Positions 25,659 to 39,489 of a DNA stretch of 64,000 nt are shown piece after piece. Source of the DNA: Basidiobolus meristosporus CBS 931.73. Lineage: Eukaryota > Fungi > Basidiobolomycota. Both the position numbers and the translations under genes were made by a program. The notes beneath the pieces are model-generated. The model saw only the letters and a list, made by a program, of their open reading frames with translations. It was not told where the DNA came from and did no database searches. The first letter of the stretch is position 1; the number at the start of each line of letters is the position of its first letter. The DNA lies in assembly GCA_002104905.1 (NCBI GenBank), contig MCFE01000106.1, forward strand, positions 105,886 through 169,885. Reading direction: 5' to 3'.

Positions 25659-28219
25659 AACGAAAATACAAAATATCGAAGATAGAGTGCGAATGGAGAA
25701 CAAAAACTTTGAGTTTCAAAAAGTACAGTCGGTAAACTAGGTGAGGGCTATACAACAGTGGCTAGGGTTTTTGAATACTAAACCGAGATTCAAACACAAA
25801 TAAATAGATACCCCAAAGGAGCAGTTGTATAAATACAGAGAATGCGACGCAAGTCGAGTACTCACTTAATATGGTTTAGAGAATGTACTAAGGCAATTTT
25901 TATACAGACTTTCCGTATAGACAAGGGGTGACAACGTTTGAACGAGGGAGTATTCTGTAAAGAACAGCAATGACCTGAGGAAATATACAAGAGCTGCTGA
26001 GCTGCCGTTGAAGCAACAGAGCGGAGCAACCTTTATAAGGGGAAGATATTAATCCATGCCCCAACCAACATCTGTACCTAGTGCTTGTCAGGAAATAACG
26101 CCGGCGTAACGAGAGGAATTCCCGACGACTAACTAGTTTCTTTCTGCAATAGGAAGGAAACGTTACACCAAACAGTGTTTGCAAGCTGCAGTCAGAGTCG
26201 TAGTAAATGATGGCAATTTCATGGGATCGACAATATCTCTCTACATTGGACTCTAACATATAGATCCATCTTATTGGTTCAGATAGTTACATTTCCTCGT
26301 CTATTCCATTCATGATCACTGGTGTGCTTACCGAGGCTACACTCGGAAGAATATGATAATTCAAACTTGATGGGCTTCCTGCATCAGCCCCATTTTTGGC
26401 TTTTGAAGCACAATGAAGGCTGGGAACTATTGTAGAAACAGTCCAAATGGAAATGTGAAACTGGAAAGTCCTGGATTGCACATGTTCTTACGCCACGGGC
26501 CTGGCCATCTTAGTACAATACCATGAAACTGGTGCATGAGCCAGGATATCCAAGCCGAATTGGTTGCTCTTGTGAAGTGCTTTTCAGAGATGGGCTATTG
26601 CTATCCGGAGAAAGCACGGTGCCCCAAATGCAAAAGGATTGGATCGTTGCTACGTTGATCAGCACCATATGGATGATAAATTCGGTATTGAATGCAGGCA
26701 TGCATTGGCGCTCCTTGAACTTTGTGATAGATGGTGGTTACGCAGCAATCTTGGCTGTTAGCCTCAATCAGCTTCTACGCATAGAGGTGCCTGTCCTTGG
26801 AAAAGTAAATTGGTAGCCGGAGAACTATTCTAGAATCTGTACATCTGCTCACGCTACACCAAACATGAGTGATATCTCCGGATGCCAGGTGATTCGAAGT
26901 TAAAGTTGAGGTACTGATGCAAGGAGAGTTGATAATGGTTGCATACAAAGGCACACCTCAAAACCCCCGAGGCATTGGGATATGCAGATGTCAATGATAC
27001 GCTCATGACACATTCTTGGGATTCTGTGCTACAGAGTAAACTACTGTCGCCACGATCAGGAAATACTAACTTGACATGGTGAGGATTCCCACACGGCAGC
27101 GAGTTGAACACTTCATCCCATCTTACATACTTTTCGGTGGCGAATTACCAACAAAACGTACCATATGATGATTGGGACGAATTAAGCGCATCATTGGTCA
27201 GCGCGGATAGTGCATATGTTGACCTTTAACATCTGGGATTTGAGTTATGGAGGTATGATATCATCATGTAGTTTCTGCTAGAGGCCTGTTGATTATTCAA
27301 TGTCTGACTGCTGTCGTGTACACGTTGCTGATACATTTTCTTGATCTCGCGAAGCCACGGAATGTGGTTTCTGCTGTGCCATCCTAACGGTAGGACATGT
27401 TCATACCCATAATAGCCCTCTCAACGCCACAATCTATGTAGAACCAGAAATATCTTGTAACATATAGGGCTTTATACCACGGGATGTGTTCCATGGCACA
27501 TGCACCCGTGGTTTTTCCCATGGTATCAAACATAGTCACTGCACCCGCCTGTGTTCGTCTGTATGCATCCTGACTTGTCAGATACATGCAGAATGGAGAT
27601 TCAACCAGATTGGCGATTCCCGGCGCAAGTAGCTCGGTGGGAAGTGCGATTTCCTTCGACTGTATCATTGCTGAATCTCCGATATACTAGGTCGATTTGG
27701 TTCAGTCCCCAAGCCTATTGGTGTGCACCAATAAAGCAAGGACAATGGATCCTGGAACTCAACAAATATGATTGTCTGTACTAGACAAATTTCCAACCAT
27801 CGCATTCCCAGGTGTGACTACGACTTCTGAAATCCCAGTCAGATTTCAGTTTGGATGCAACCAATAAAGTAAATTTGCGACTACATCTCATATACTATTG
27901 GCGACTACCAATGTGGAGGAGTGGGTAGCAGCCACTAAGATATAGAGGTCACTTCACTTGGCCGATTGCAGTTGCACCTCTTCTTGACATTCAGCCCCTA
28001 TTACTTAGTACATATATCACTCACCCTGAATCCCTGCTCTTGATAATATTTTTGCAGGGTTTCTTAATATATATATGATCTGACGCCCGGTTTAAGGTTG
28101 TTTGTTGAGTATCTTTTGGAAGACTTACATTCATTTCGAGTTCCTCTGTGCATTGGAGTTGATTTCATTGCAATATATTGATCCAATCCCTGACAACATA
28201 CCCTCCATTTAGGAACAGA

Positions 28220-30505
28220 ATGGACTCTAAATACTCATTGCCAACCGATCTACACCACTCTCCAACCTCGCCAGATGCATCCTTTTCCACAACGCTCGCA
28301 CCTATCTTAGCATCCGGCCAAGTTAGTGACAATGCCTGTACCTACCTTCCACCACCGTCCAGCTTCTCTCGTACTTCAATGGATTCTGCTTTCAAGTCAC
28401 AGCTTCCTTCAGTTGCCACCGAAACGGAATCCAATCCCCTCGTCACACAACATCCCATACAAAGGCCAACAGCGAATCCCAGTATCAAGCGCTCAGATAT
28501 GGAAGGAACTATACCTGAATATAAGTCTACATTGAAACCGCCTTCAGATGTAGAGACTAGCGTTTCAAGTACAGACAAGTTTTGCAGGCTCGCTTTGGGA
28601 TCCCGGGAGAACGTGGGATCGCTTGGAGCAAAAGAACATGAATCTCCACCGGGGCCAGCTGATAACGCACGCTCTATATTGATTAGCACATGGTAATAGC
28701 CACTTTGCAGAGCACTTGCGAAATAAGAAGCTGAATGAGTTTCTCAAAACCATAGGTTAATTGACAATTACGAACAGGTGGATGATCAAAGCACTCCTAG
28801 AGAAACATTGTATAGCCATTACACCTCTTTTTGTGATAGGGTAGGCGTACCACATATAAACTCAGCCAGCTTTGGGAAAATCATTAGGTCCGTCTTTCCA
28901 AACATCACAACAAGAAGACTGGGCACTCGTGGACAGTCTAAATATCCTTTTTGATCGCGTGTCAGATGTATCCAAGAATCTCATCACAGGACCAAAGAAC
29001 CATCCTTCACTCTGCAGGTTACATACCATTACTGGGGAATCCATTCCAAGCACATCCAAACTGCCAGTGCCCCTTATGAATGGTTTGTGGTTAAGCGTAG
29101 CTAGCAATACTAATGTACAGAGTTAGTCATACTACCTGTTTCCAAGGAATGACCCACCTTCAAACGACGATCTGAACGGCCCAGGTTACTCCATTGAGTT
29201 TGAGTCACTTAATGGCGTCGATCTTGCCACAATACCGCTCCCTGCAGCAACGGACTTCATATCGCTTTACCGATCTCACTGTCAGAAGGTCTATGAACTT
29301 GCCAAGTCTCAAAACTTCGATGAGGCAAGTACTCCGATACATGACTTGCATTGGCTCCTGTGATCTAGGCCATTGGCACTTACGATCTTCTGTCGATCGT
29401 AATTATAGATTGCAGCAACCATTAAACGATTCTGGTTGGAGCTTCCACCACGATTCGAGAGCATCACTGAAGCCCCTGAGATCACCCGTATTATCGGAAA
29501 AGATGACGCGCGGCTCTATGACGTGAGTTGAGCCATATCGGTTGAATGTTGACTGCATCCATATTCATCCTATTGATAGAATATTTCCCAGTTGATGCTC
29601 ACAGACGACCCAGCCCTACTTCCATTGGACACCATTCAAGCTATCCATAACTTTGCAGCAGGCCTAAGCGGATGGATCACCACCGCCCTCTACAAATACC
29701 CACCTTTGCTTAAAACGAGGAAGCTCGAAGGTAACCTTTGAGCAATCATTTCCGATACAGACAGCGTTCTCAACTGCCTCAAGTAGCTCGTACCTTTACC
29801 GGGATCTTGCTGAAACTTTGTTCTCTCAAACATTTGAGCCGGTCTGTATCGTCGATCATACAGAACAAAGAGCAGACGGCACAAATGGCCCTTGATTGGG
29901 CTGACGTTGACTTCCATTCCTTGCGTGATCAGGCATATGTCATTTGTCATTGCACCAAGGCCGACTTGGTTCAGATATGTATGTTACAAGTACATCCACT
30001 TGATCCAACGTCATCAACTAATCTGGGATGTGAACCAGTGGAGATCGATATCAAGCAGCTGCTGGAAACCTCGGCTCCTCTTGAACAATGGGTTTGCTGG
30101 ATCGAAAAGATATACGGCAGATACGTCGGCGAGGTAGTACCTCGAGTTGATTTTGAAATTCATCCAGCCATTCTCATGCTTAATTCGCGTAGAATTCTAG
30201 TATAGATGGAATAGGCAACATTCAGTCATTTGTCATGAAATGGTCCTACTTCGGATCACTCGTTGTTCGGGATCTCTCCATTCGAAGTGCCCAGAGTTTT
30301 GGTGAGTTCACAACTGCTTCACTTGAAATAGGATGGGGATGGGGATTAACAGCAAATCACCCATTCAAACCAATGTTTAGGATCCTTTCAAATCCTGCGG
30401 CTGTTTATTGACGATTATGTATATCATCTGGCACAAAGGCACATTGCCCGACTCACGATCAGCAATGCGTCAACCCTTGGAGGGCCTATGGTATCTTATG
30501 ACTAA
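28220..30505 (+). CDS. RFX: RFX winged-helix transcription factor with dimerisation domain (about 9 exons, including one AT-AC and one GC-AG intron)
   Basis: [114 protein letters not shown]. Confidence 0.95.
28942..29022 (+). other. U12-type (minor spliceosome) AT-AC intron in RFX
   Basis: 5' ATATCCTTTT, branch-like CATCCTTCAC at 29001-29010, 3' TTAC; removal gives TCT AA|A TAC CAT TAC (SKYHY); read-through hits TGA at 28952. Confidence 0.88.
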
Positions 30506-30899
30506 TGACCACGCTCCAACCGAAATTTTGAATTCACGCCATGTCCGCGTAGCTCCATGGCCTTTAATCCAGGAGTAAGAGCGACGCATAGAGTTAAATA
30601 AATCAATATTCCACACATTTTCGGTCCGTCTATGGGTCTGTGTTGATTATCAATAAATCCAAGTATATCCCGTAGTACCCTCATACCCAACAGCTCCAAT
30701 AACTGCTCAGCTATCATCCTGATGTACTGCAACGCCCAAATAGTCGATGTGCAGATTATTTGGATTACCGGAGAGGGTAGCAAATTTATTAGCTTTCAAG
30801 TCGATTCTATAGGCAAAATTGAATTATTGGAGATAAGTAAGGGATGGTTAGGATCCGGGGTGCATAGAGAACGGATTAATATCCTTCTTTTCCACTTCT

Positions 30900-32853
30900 C
30901 TAATCGCGTCTTGTGTATTTGCATTTGACGGGTGCCTCAGGAGTGACAAACAATTTGGTGTAATCAGGAGAGGGGAACTCCTTGTTCGGTATCTGCTCAA
31001 TCTCGAACAGGCGTACGACAGTGGCCAGGATCGTCTTGACTTGAACGTAAGCGAATGGCTCACCGATACATCTGTGGCGTCCAGCTCCAAAGGGAAGATA
31101 GGGATTCTTGGCACCCTTTCCGGCTGTTCCGAAAATGGAATCATCCTCTTCCTCGGAGTTGATAGAATTCCAACGAGTGATGTCGAATTGCATAGGATTC
31201 TCGAAATGCTCCTCGGAAAGTTGAGTAATAATAGGACTGGCACAAAGATAATGTCCCTTGGGGACCACGATATCGGATTTGGGATAGCTGACTTCTTGGA
31301 CGACCTTTCGCATGATCGCCACTATAGGAGTGTGCATCCGAAGTGTCTCGCGAACCAGATTATCCAGGACCTTGCACTTGTTCAAATCATTGAAGTTGAG
31401 AGGCTTCAGATCCTCACCAAAGATCTCTTTCTGTTCCTTGTAGATTTGAGAACTGATCGACAACGTAAAACGTCAGCACCGGCTTGCCAGGTTCGACGTA
31501 CTTGAGAGCTTGTGCTTACCGTAATTCAGGATCATACGCAATGTGTATCAACGCCCAGGTGGAGGTGGCAGCACTAGTATGCTGGCCAGCCATCAATAAA
31601 GCAATCATCATATGAGCGACTTCCTTATCAGTCATTTGATGGCCGTCCTTGTAGGTCGCAGTCATCAGGTGCTGAAGAATATCCTCGTTGTTCTAAGAGT
31701 TCGCTTAGCCATTAATTCGAGGGATTCTACAAAAACTCGTGAAATACACACCATATCGCCGCTTTGTCTTCTATTCTTGATAATGTTCAGGAAAACATCA
31801 GTCAACTTAATATGCGCTTCATCGCGTTTTCTGTAGCTAGGAAGAGGAAGCCACTCGAAAAGAAAATTGATGGGCTGGAAACCGTTGTCCAGATCATGGA
31901 TTAAATGTGCAACTGTAGGCGCGTTAGCGGTCTGGGTAATATCTAAAAAACGTGGAGCAATCACCTGTCTCATCAAGCTGAGAACGAATCTCTTTGCCCA
32001 TAAGGCATCGGGAAGCAGTATTGATGATCAATTCTGCGAATGCAGTATCGACTTCGGCTTCGCCAGATTTCTCGCTCCAACGTCTATTTAAAGGCCATTT
32101 AGTAGAGGTAAAAAAGCGCAAGCTACCGTTTCAGATACAGTACTTGAAGTAATCCACAGTCTCTTCTACTATCATTGGGACGTAGGTTCTCAAGGCATCG
32201 AAGGACAGGCCTTCTTTGGCAAACCTATATTAAACGCCTCAGTCAGCACTTCAGAGATGCAGCAATTGCTTGGTTTAACGAAAATACCGTTTTTGATCCA
32301 TCAGCATGTGGTTTGGACAATCGTATACAACCCCCTCTCCAAACACCGGTTTGGTGAGGGCTCTGTACGCCTCTTCAGCATTGACATGACTATGCTTTGA
32401 GTTCAGGACAAAGTTGTTTCCTTCAGTACCGAGAGCGTATGTCATTTTACGTCCAAACATCAAGAAGGTAAAGACGTCTCCATACTATGCAATCAAAGTC
32501 AGTTAAACCCTTCATCGGTGAAAGGGTCCGGCCGTTTGTCACGCAGCCACTGTACCTTCTTTCGATTCTCGGTCAGAAACTCGACAGGATTCATCCCGAA
32601 ACTAATCATTGATCCGATGAAAGGAACCCAATACGGAACCATAGGAGGGGCGTTTGGATCTTTCTTTCCGTACTGAAAAACAAAACTTGTTTATGCCAAT
32701 CCATCGTGTTCGCGGCAAAAGACAGACCTATACCTTTTGATTTCCCCAGTCTGCTAGAACGCAAACAAGTAGCAAGCCGATGATAATGGTAAAGACATCG
32801 GAGAATGAACGAATGGAGAGGCAACTCTGGAAGAAATTCACTACCGCGCTCAT
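30900..32853 (-). CDS. CYP51: Sterol 14-alpha-demethylase (CYP51), multi-exon
   Basis: PPMVPYWVPFIGS, YGDVFTF, AEEAYRALTKPVFGEGVVYDCPN, LMAGQHTS, ETLR, heme motif PFGAGRHRCIGE; all introns GT-AG. Confidence 0.97.
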
Positions 32854-34681
32854 GATGTCTTCAAGGGAGGAACCGCTCGATGGTATGTGCGGGCTCTGTG
32901 CCGCCGGTGTTGCGTTTATATTTTTGAAAAGCCTCGCTAGCGACCCATGCGAATTTGGTAAATAAACCCTGATTGGACTATGGAGATGGGCCTAGTGTCT
33001 GGACACAAATTCTAACACCTATTTGGGAAGAAGATGACATTTGAAGCATTACAATATATTGGATTCCATTATTGTTTTATTACCCAGATGGACTGTACAC
33101 TTATAAGAAGGCTAGATTTGATCAGTTTTTGAACACTGTATTCTGAAGTTTCCCCGCTCCAAATAGAATCTAGACAAAACCATTGCATATGCTGGTGATT
33201 CTGCCGATTAACTTTGATCTTGCTGGATTCGCGAAATCACATGCTTCTCCGAATCAGCCAATCATACTCCAGTCCCGACTAATTGTTGCCCAGAGGGGCA
33301 TATTTTGGTTAACAGCCAACCTTCTGTAACCCTCGTAATTGTTCGATGAATCTAGATTTAGCTCAATCCTACTCATTTAGGCACATGGAAGAGAGTTAAC
33401 ATGAGGACTTTTCTTGGGAAGCCAGCAGAGTATCTGAACTGGCTGATATGATCAGTCATCAAAAATATGTGGAGGTGATCTGTGGGGAGTTCTATCTGCC
33501 TCTGATTTCTATACTATCCTGGCGTGATATCGATAAGCGCAGTTGATAATTCTGGAAACATATGCCGGCTTCGGTTTGGGTTCAAGGCAACGCTTCCAGA
33601 CAATTTTCCGTGAGATTTCCGGTCAGCTTTCTAGAAGTGACCGTTGTTTATTGAGCGACATTAGTACGATTGGCAAGCGCCAATGTCACAGATTACCTAC
33701 TGGCTCTAGGCATAGGCAAGTCTCCAACATATTCAAGTAGATGGTTGGGTACAAGTATTGGTGAATGTCGAGATCATTCAGTCACGTCGGAGTGATCCAG
33801 ATTGCTCACAATAACCTATTCGGTGTACATGTATAAAATTAATTAGGATTTCCGCGATATTCGTTGCACAAGAAATGAAGTTTACCATGGAAAATTAATT
33901 AGTGGATGTGTAAATTTAGAGAATGCTGTCCCATGGTCACCTACCTTTCGTTCATTCTTCAATTCGTATTTTGTATAATACAGCCCAAGTTAAACATGCT
34001 TCTGGTAGTCACGGCAGCGTCTCACCCAACCCAGGACATACTACTTTCGAAGCTTTCTCTGATGCCGCCGAAAGCTGTTCGTAGCGCTTCAACGCTCGTA
34101 TGGGGCCTGACGACTAGATCTCTTCGAGTGCACAATACGCTGTAATATTTAACATAGTCCATACAATACTTGTAGACTTATCTAAGCAGTTATTGAGGCA
34201 TTCAAGTCAACGGCCTGGATACACGTCATCTCATGGATTAGGATGTAGGCCTACCTGGTAACACGGAGGCGGAGGCAACATTCATCCCTGGTAGCACTCC
34301 CATAATACATAATGCGTGAATAATCTTATCCGGCATGTATGTACGAATGCAAATATCCCGGAATCAATTACACGAAATCTTGATATAATTCTCAAAATAG
34401 AAAGGAATCGGAGTATTCCGAATAAATCCAACAAATGTCAGAATGCAATAGATTGAAAACCACCAAATTTCCCAAGGGGTTTGGATTGATTTATTGTACG
34501 AACGTAATGGCATTGCCACTGGATTAAGGAGGCATTTAAAAGGTAGAAACATACTTGATGGCAAAGCTAGGAGTACTCAACCAACTGCGTTTTTTGACAA
34601 TACTTGTCTTCAATCAACAACAAAAACCTTATTCGTACACAGTGTTCACACAGTCAAGTTTACTAGCCTTCAACTACAGCG

Positions 34682-35999
34682 ATGTCTGAGGTTTACTCTA
34701 CCAACTTTAAGCTTAAGCATGGCCCTGTTGCCACAAAGCCCTCTTCCACCAATCTCTTTGCCACTCAAGCCCCGTTGAATTTGCGCCCCAACGCCTGCGT
34801 CATTTGTTTGACTTGCTTAACTTGCGCCGGGAAATACGGAACTGAAGATTGCCGTTGTCCTGCTGCTGAAATCCAATGGAACAAGAAAAAGCAAGGATAC
34901 AGGGTTGAATTCCGACGCCGAAGTGTGTTTCCGGATGACGAGATTTTTATGACCTGGCTAAAAGGGAATCTCTCCCAAAGGCTAATTTGGGATGAAACCT
35001 GTAAAGAGGTGAAGCTCTGCATGGCGTGCAATTCGATATTTTGGAGGTGGAGCAAAGGTTAGCCTACTACTTTCCATATGGTTTTCAAAGCGCTTAGGGT
35101 ATACGCTGACGTTTTTCAACTATTGCAGTCTTCAAGAAGAGCAGTCTTGTAGCTGAGCCAAGTACTGGAAGTTCTAGGCTTTGTGCTAATCGGTTTTCTC
35201 CTCTCAGAACGTTGACAAATCCAGTATCAAGGAGAAGGTTAAGCAGGAGCATTCGAGGTCAAACTGATCTTATCACATGGGCCATCAAGATTTGATGTTT
35301 TAACACTTCACACTGAACCCCATGTAGATAGCGTTAATATATTTGATAATTCCGGAGATCTTTTATCGAAGCGGTCGACTTCAAGGTTCACAATACAAAG
35401 CGCCCCGAGGATGTCGGCCACTTGTCTTCAAAAAAAGGACAGGTTTTTATTAACAGTCCCTTTTCAAGCTCTCCCCATGGAAGTTGATGTACAAACTGTG
35501 ATGACAACACAGGATATATCCCCCAGCATCCTCGATAGCGATATATCTCAGCCGTCTTCGCCATCACCGCGACTGCAAACGCCTCCCAATGGGGAAAACA
35601 TCTGCTTAGTAACTTATGATCTCGCTCGGTTGGCAGCTACTGCTTGTCCCAGAGGTAATTTCTTGATAGCCAAAGCGGTTGCCAAGCAGTGACATTAAAC
35701 CATTTCCCAAAGTAGAAAGACGCCCGCTGAAAACGGTTACTCTGCGGACGAAGAACAGAGTCATCAAGGATCGAATAGTAGTCACGCCGAGAATGACATT
35801 CAGTCGATTGGCACAGCATGCAATACAAACTCCCCTTTCAAAAGGAATGCGCTATGTATTCACTAGCCCAGATAGGCAGTACGAGTATCTACCTGATGAC
35901 TTTTTATCAGAAACATTCTACGGACAGGAGCACATGGAGCTTAGCCTGGATTCTGAGATGATTCCATCAGTCAATTTGGATGATATCGATATGTGCTGA
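34682..35999 (+). CDS. Uncharacterised protein with Cys-rich (putative Zn-binding) N-terminal domain and small C-terminal alpha/beta domain, 4 exons
   Basis: CVICLTCLTC..CRC..LCMACN; introns gttagc..tgcag, gtcaaa..atgtag, gtaact..gatag link three track ORFs in frame. Confidence 0.7.
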
Positions 36000-37494
36000 G
36001 TGCCTAATTGTTGATACTGTAGATTATCGTGTACATATTTCAACCCATTTCTGTAAGATCATGGCCGTCTTGAACACTCCATACTCGCACTATTTCCTGA
36101 TATTTGTAAATAGCCACACTAATCTCGCAAATATTGTATATTCTAATGGATTGATTGTGAAATATTATTATTATGAATGTTTCTGCTTAGCCATGCTTGC
36201 AAGTGTAATATCTCATCTGATCTGCGAATGAATCGAATAAGTGTATGATCGGTCATGATGGTAGTAGTGGTGATCTTAATTATTATGGTACTGACTTCCT
36301 TTTTTGTGTCGGTTGGCGCAGTTTGCCAAAAATCATTTCGCACTGGGTTTAGCTCAGCATTGATTTCAACCGGGTGGCTCATCCGACACAATTCATAACT
36401 CATCTGGGAGGCCCGTCCTACATGTTTGGTACATAAAGCCATCTGCTTCCAACTCCATGTCTCAAACTTTTAATAACTCAAACTCCGATATTACCAAACG
36501 GGATTTCTGGGTTGGCATTATGTCTCAAGGACATTAATTTAGCTTGGTAATCCCAAAATATCTCTGTGATAGCCAAAGGCTGGTGCCTCAACATCAATGA
36601 ACATTGGGAATTGAAATTCATTACATAAATTCACCATACATGCACTTCTAGCATCTTGATTGTGGCCTGAGAGACCATTGTATTATTTTGAGGGTCGCCT
36701 CTGTTCAAGCAAACGCAATCAAATCCACGAACGATGAGCGTTTTTTGAGCCGAGCTAAGGGTTAGAATCCTTATGGTTCTTTTGTATAAAACCATGGGTA
36801 GTTTTATCAGTTATTGAAATACATGTTTCAAGGCTCTGATAATTATTAGCATATCGAATGAATTGTCTCCCCATATGTCTTTGTGGAACCTCCGAACAGG
36901 CTAACGGTGTCTCGGATGAGGTTTCGTCCAAGCATGAGTGGGATTTTGTAGTTATACTTAAGCGTGATAGAGAGACGAAAATAGAATGTATCCCTTGATT
37001 TGAGATTCGCAACCGGTAAAAATTTCCAACAGCTCATATCGTTTGCTGATGGGCAATCATCGACCAAAATCCATTTGCCCCTGAGAAGCAAAATAAAGTG
37101 CGAATCGAAATAACTTTCAAGTATCTTGGTTGCCGTTCACTTTCAGGGGAAGTGAGATTCGAATGGTCTAGACGTGTACGCATCGTTCAAATCGGAAAGA
37201 TTGCTGATGCAATTGGGGAAATATTGGATTTCAGTCAGTATCAGGTAAAGCCCAATTTCTGATAATGGTACGAGTTCACTTTGAAATACCAGAGAGCGTC
37301 ATCGTTACATTTGAGTCAAGTCGGAAGTGCTCTTCATTACAATCCATTGGATATTTCAGTAGTTATATAACCCTGCTGCTGCTCTCCAGGACTGTTCATC
37401 CTGGGTGGCTACTCAGAATTTGAACAGTCACGAAAATACGTTCGTCTCAATTTGAATACTTTTGCGTTCAAGGATCGTAGGCTACTAAATAACA

Positions 37495-38678
37495 ATGCCA
37501 GGTAAATATTATGTTGCTTCCAAAACCATTGCTGTAAATTAGCATGATGCTGAACAACATCTTCCACTGCGGTCTTAGATAACACGCCAATAACCTGGGT
37601 GACTATGGTGGCAGATTTATTTATCTCCATTTCCTACCTGGCCATCCCGGTAGAAATCTTCTTCTTCCAACGCACTCTGACCCTCCCTCTCCCAATGCTC
37701 TACAAGAGTGTCCTGCTTTTATTCGAGGCTTTCATCACTGCCTGTGGCGCCACCCACTTCGTCACCGTGTGGAGGCCTTTCGCCGATACCGATCTAGCCC
37801 TGTGTGTTGTCAAGGTAGCCACCGCCGTTGTCTCTACCATCACCGCAGCCCTCCTGATCCGAGTCTTCCCCAAGGCGTTCTCGTTGCCAGCCAAGGCAGC
37901 CTGGCTGGAGGAGGAGCTCGGGTCCCATATGCGGCACGAGCAGTCGCTCCGCATGGCCAACGACCTTCTCCTGAAGTTCCGTAAAATCACCCAGCACATT
38001 CGCAAGACACTTGACACCGCATCGGTCTGTCAGACCGCGGTATTCGAACTCTCGGTGGCACTGGGAGTTGGCTGTGCCATATACATCAAGGAAGGGGATA
38101 CTTACGTTTGCACTCATGAGGATTACAGACGCATGAATGATCATTCCCTTCGCCACTCGGACAAAGATGTGTTCTGGCAAAAAATCGCCATCTCAATGGA
38201 TAACAAAGTCATCAACCGAATGACCACGTTATCATATGCCTGCTGCCTTAACAAACGGGATCTCTGTGACATGGTCGGAGAAGGAGTGAATCTACCATTC
38301 AAGGCTGCTATGGGCGTGCGTTTCGAATTAGATGAACCAGACTCAGGGTTCGTGCTGATTTATTCTAGCGATGAAAACTGGAGTTTACCCGAACAAGAGG
38401 TGGAGCTCTTTGAGGATATCGTGGGTCAGATTGAGATAGCGCTACAGCAATCCTCCCAACTTCGTAGCGAATCTCATGGAAAATCAACAATGTCACATCA
38501 CAAACAAAGAAGTCAGAAATACCTCAATGAGCAGAGACTATCCTCACTCCGACAGAGCGCAGTATGCCCTGTGATGCCATCCTCTTCACCACCACCACCA
38601 CCACCACCACCTCCGTTTTCAAGTGATGATATCCAGGAATACGAAGATTACGATACAGAACCCAAATATTGGAATTAG
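37495..38678 (+). CDS. Ethylene-receptor-like protein A (ETR1-type ethylene-binding TM domain + GAF, no histidine kinase)
   Basis: ADLFISISYLAIPVEI, FEAFITACGATHF, KVATAVVSTITA, ITQHIRKTLD, LFEDIVGQIEIALQQS align with plant ETR1 (D25, Y32, I35, P36, C65, H69 equivalents); 7-nt first exon plus phase-1 intron 37502-37578. Confidence 0.9.
38587..38611 (+). repeat. (CCA)n microsatellite encoding poly-Pro in receptor A tail
   Basis: caccaccaccaccaccaccaccacc. Confidence 0.9.
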
Positions 38679-39489
38679 GTACATTTTCGAGCATTAACGT
38701 AACTTTCGTCGGAACCCTCTGTAAAAATTGGTGTATAGCTATTTAATTATTCGACTCTAACGTTCCACTCTATCTTATAAAATCATCATCCGCTACTCAA
38801 TGGAAATAAACTATTCAAAAACTACGGTGCTACGTATTGTTGAGGGTTTGCTTAATACTGTTCAATGAAACAAGTGTTATTGACTAGTTGCAATTAAACT
38901 GGCTAGTCAAGGCTTTTCGTAGAGTTGAAATGCAAACCGAGAGCCAAGTCCCATTTAAGAGGTTTGAGTTTGCTCTCGAGATTAGAAAGAAAAGCATTAG
39001 CTCGTTTCATAAAACCACCCATCGCAAAAGATCAGGTACGAAACGGTTGAAGAGTACACTCAACATCAATGAAGTCTACTGCGGTGAGCAAAGGCGTATA
39101 ACAACACGATTGACTGGAAGGTTAGCAAAACCCTACCCTTTCAGCGTATCTCCTGCACAAGCTCATGCACCGCAGTAGCTTATCGTGGCTATGTTGATAT
39201 TACCTGCCGTCAACGATTCAGGCCAATCATGCAGTTGTAAATATCTACCGAAAATCACTTGATATAAAACATTTCCATAAATCACAAGAATTCGCTGAGA
39301 CTTCATGGGTGGTTGCTAAAACACCCTCAATAGTGACTGTAAATTCATCTGTGATTGTAAAAAATAAACATTTCACTTGCTTTATACCACCATACAATGC
39401 AATCAGCGCCCTTTGTCTGGTTAGCCCTCCAGTAACACTTGAAGCAAAATTCCTTGACATACTCACTGATACTGTAATACGCTTTGGTC

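Noticed and set aside
25870-27800. Possible multi-exon gene on the minus strand (several splice-like signals, short ORFs)
   Set aside because: I could not build one consistent reading frame or recognise a family; needs RNA-seq.
28220-30505. RFX as evidence of cilia
   Set aside because: RFX (Crt1/Sak1) is widespread in non-flagellated fungi.
21688-32853. START genes plus CYP51 as a sterol gene cluster
   Set aside because: They are separated by RFX and an unresolved locus, and there is no evidence these START proteins bind sterol.
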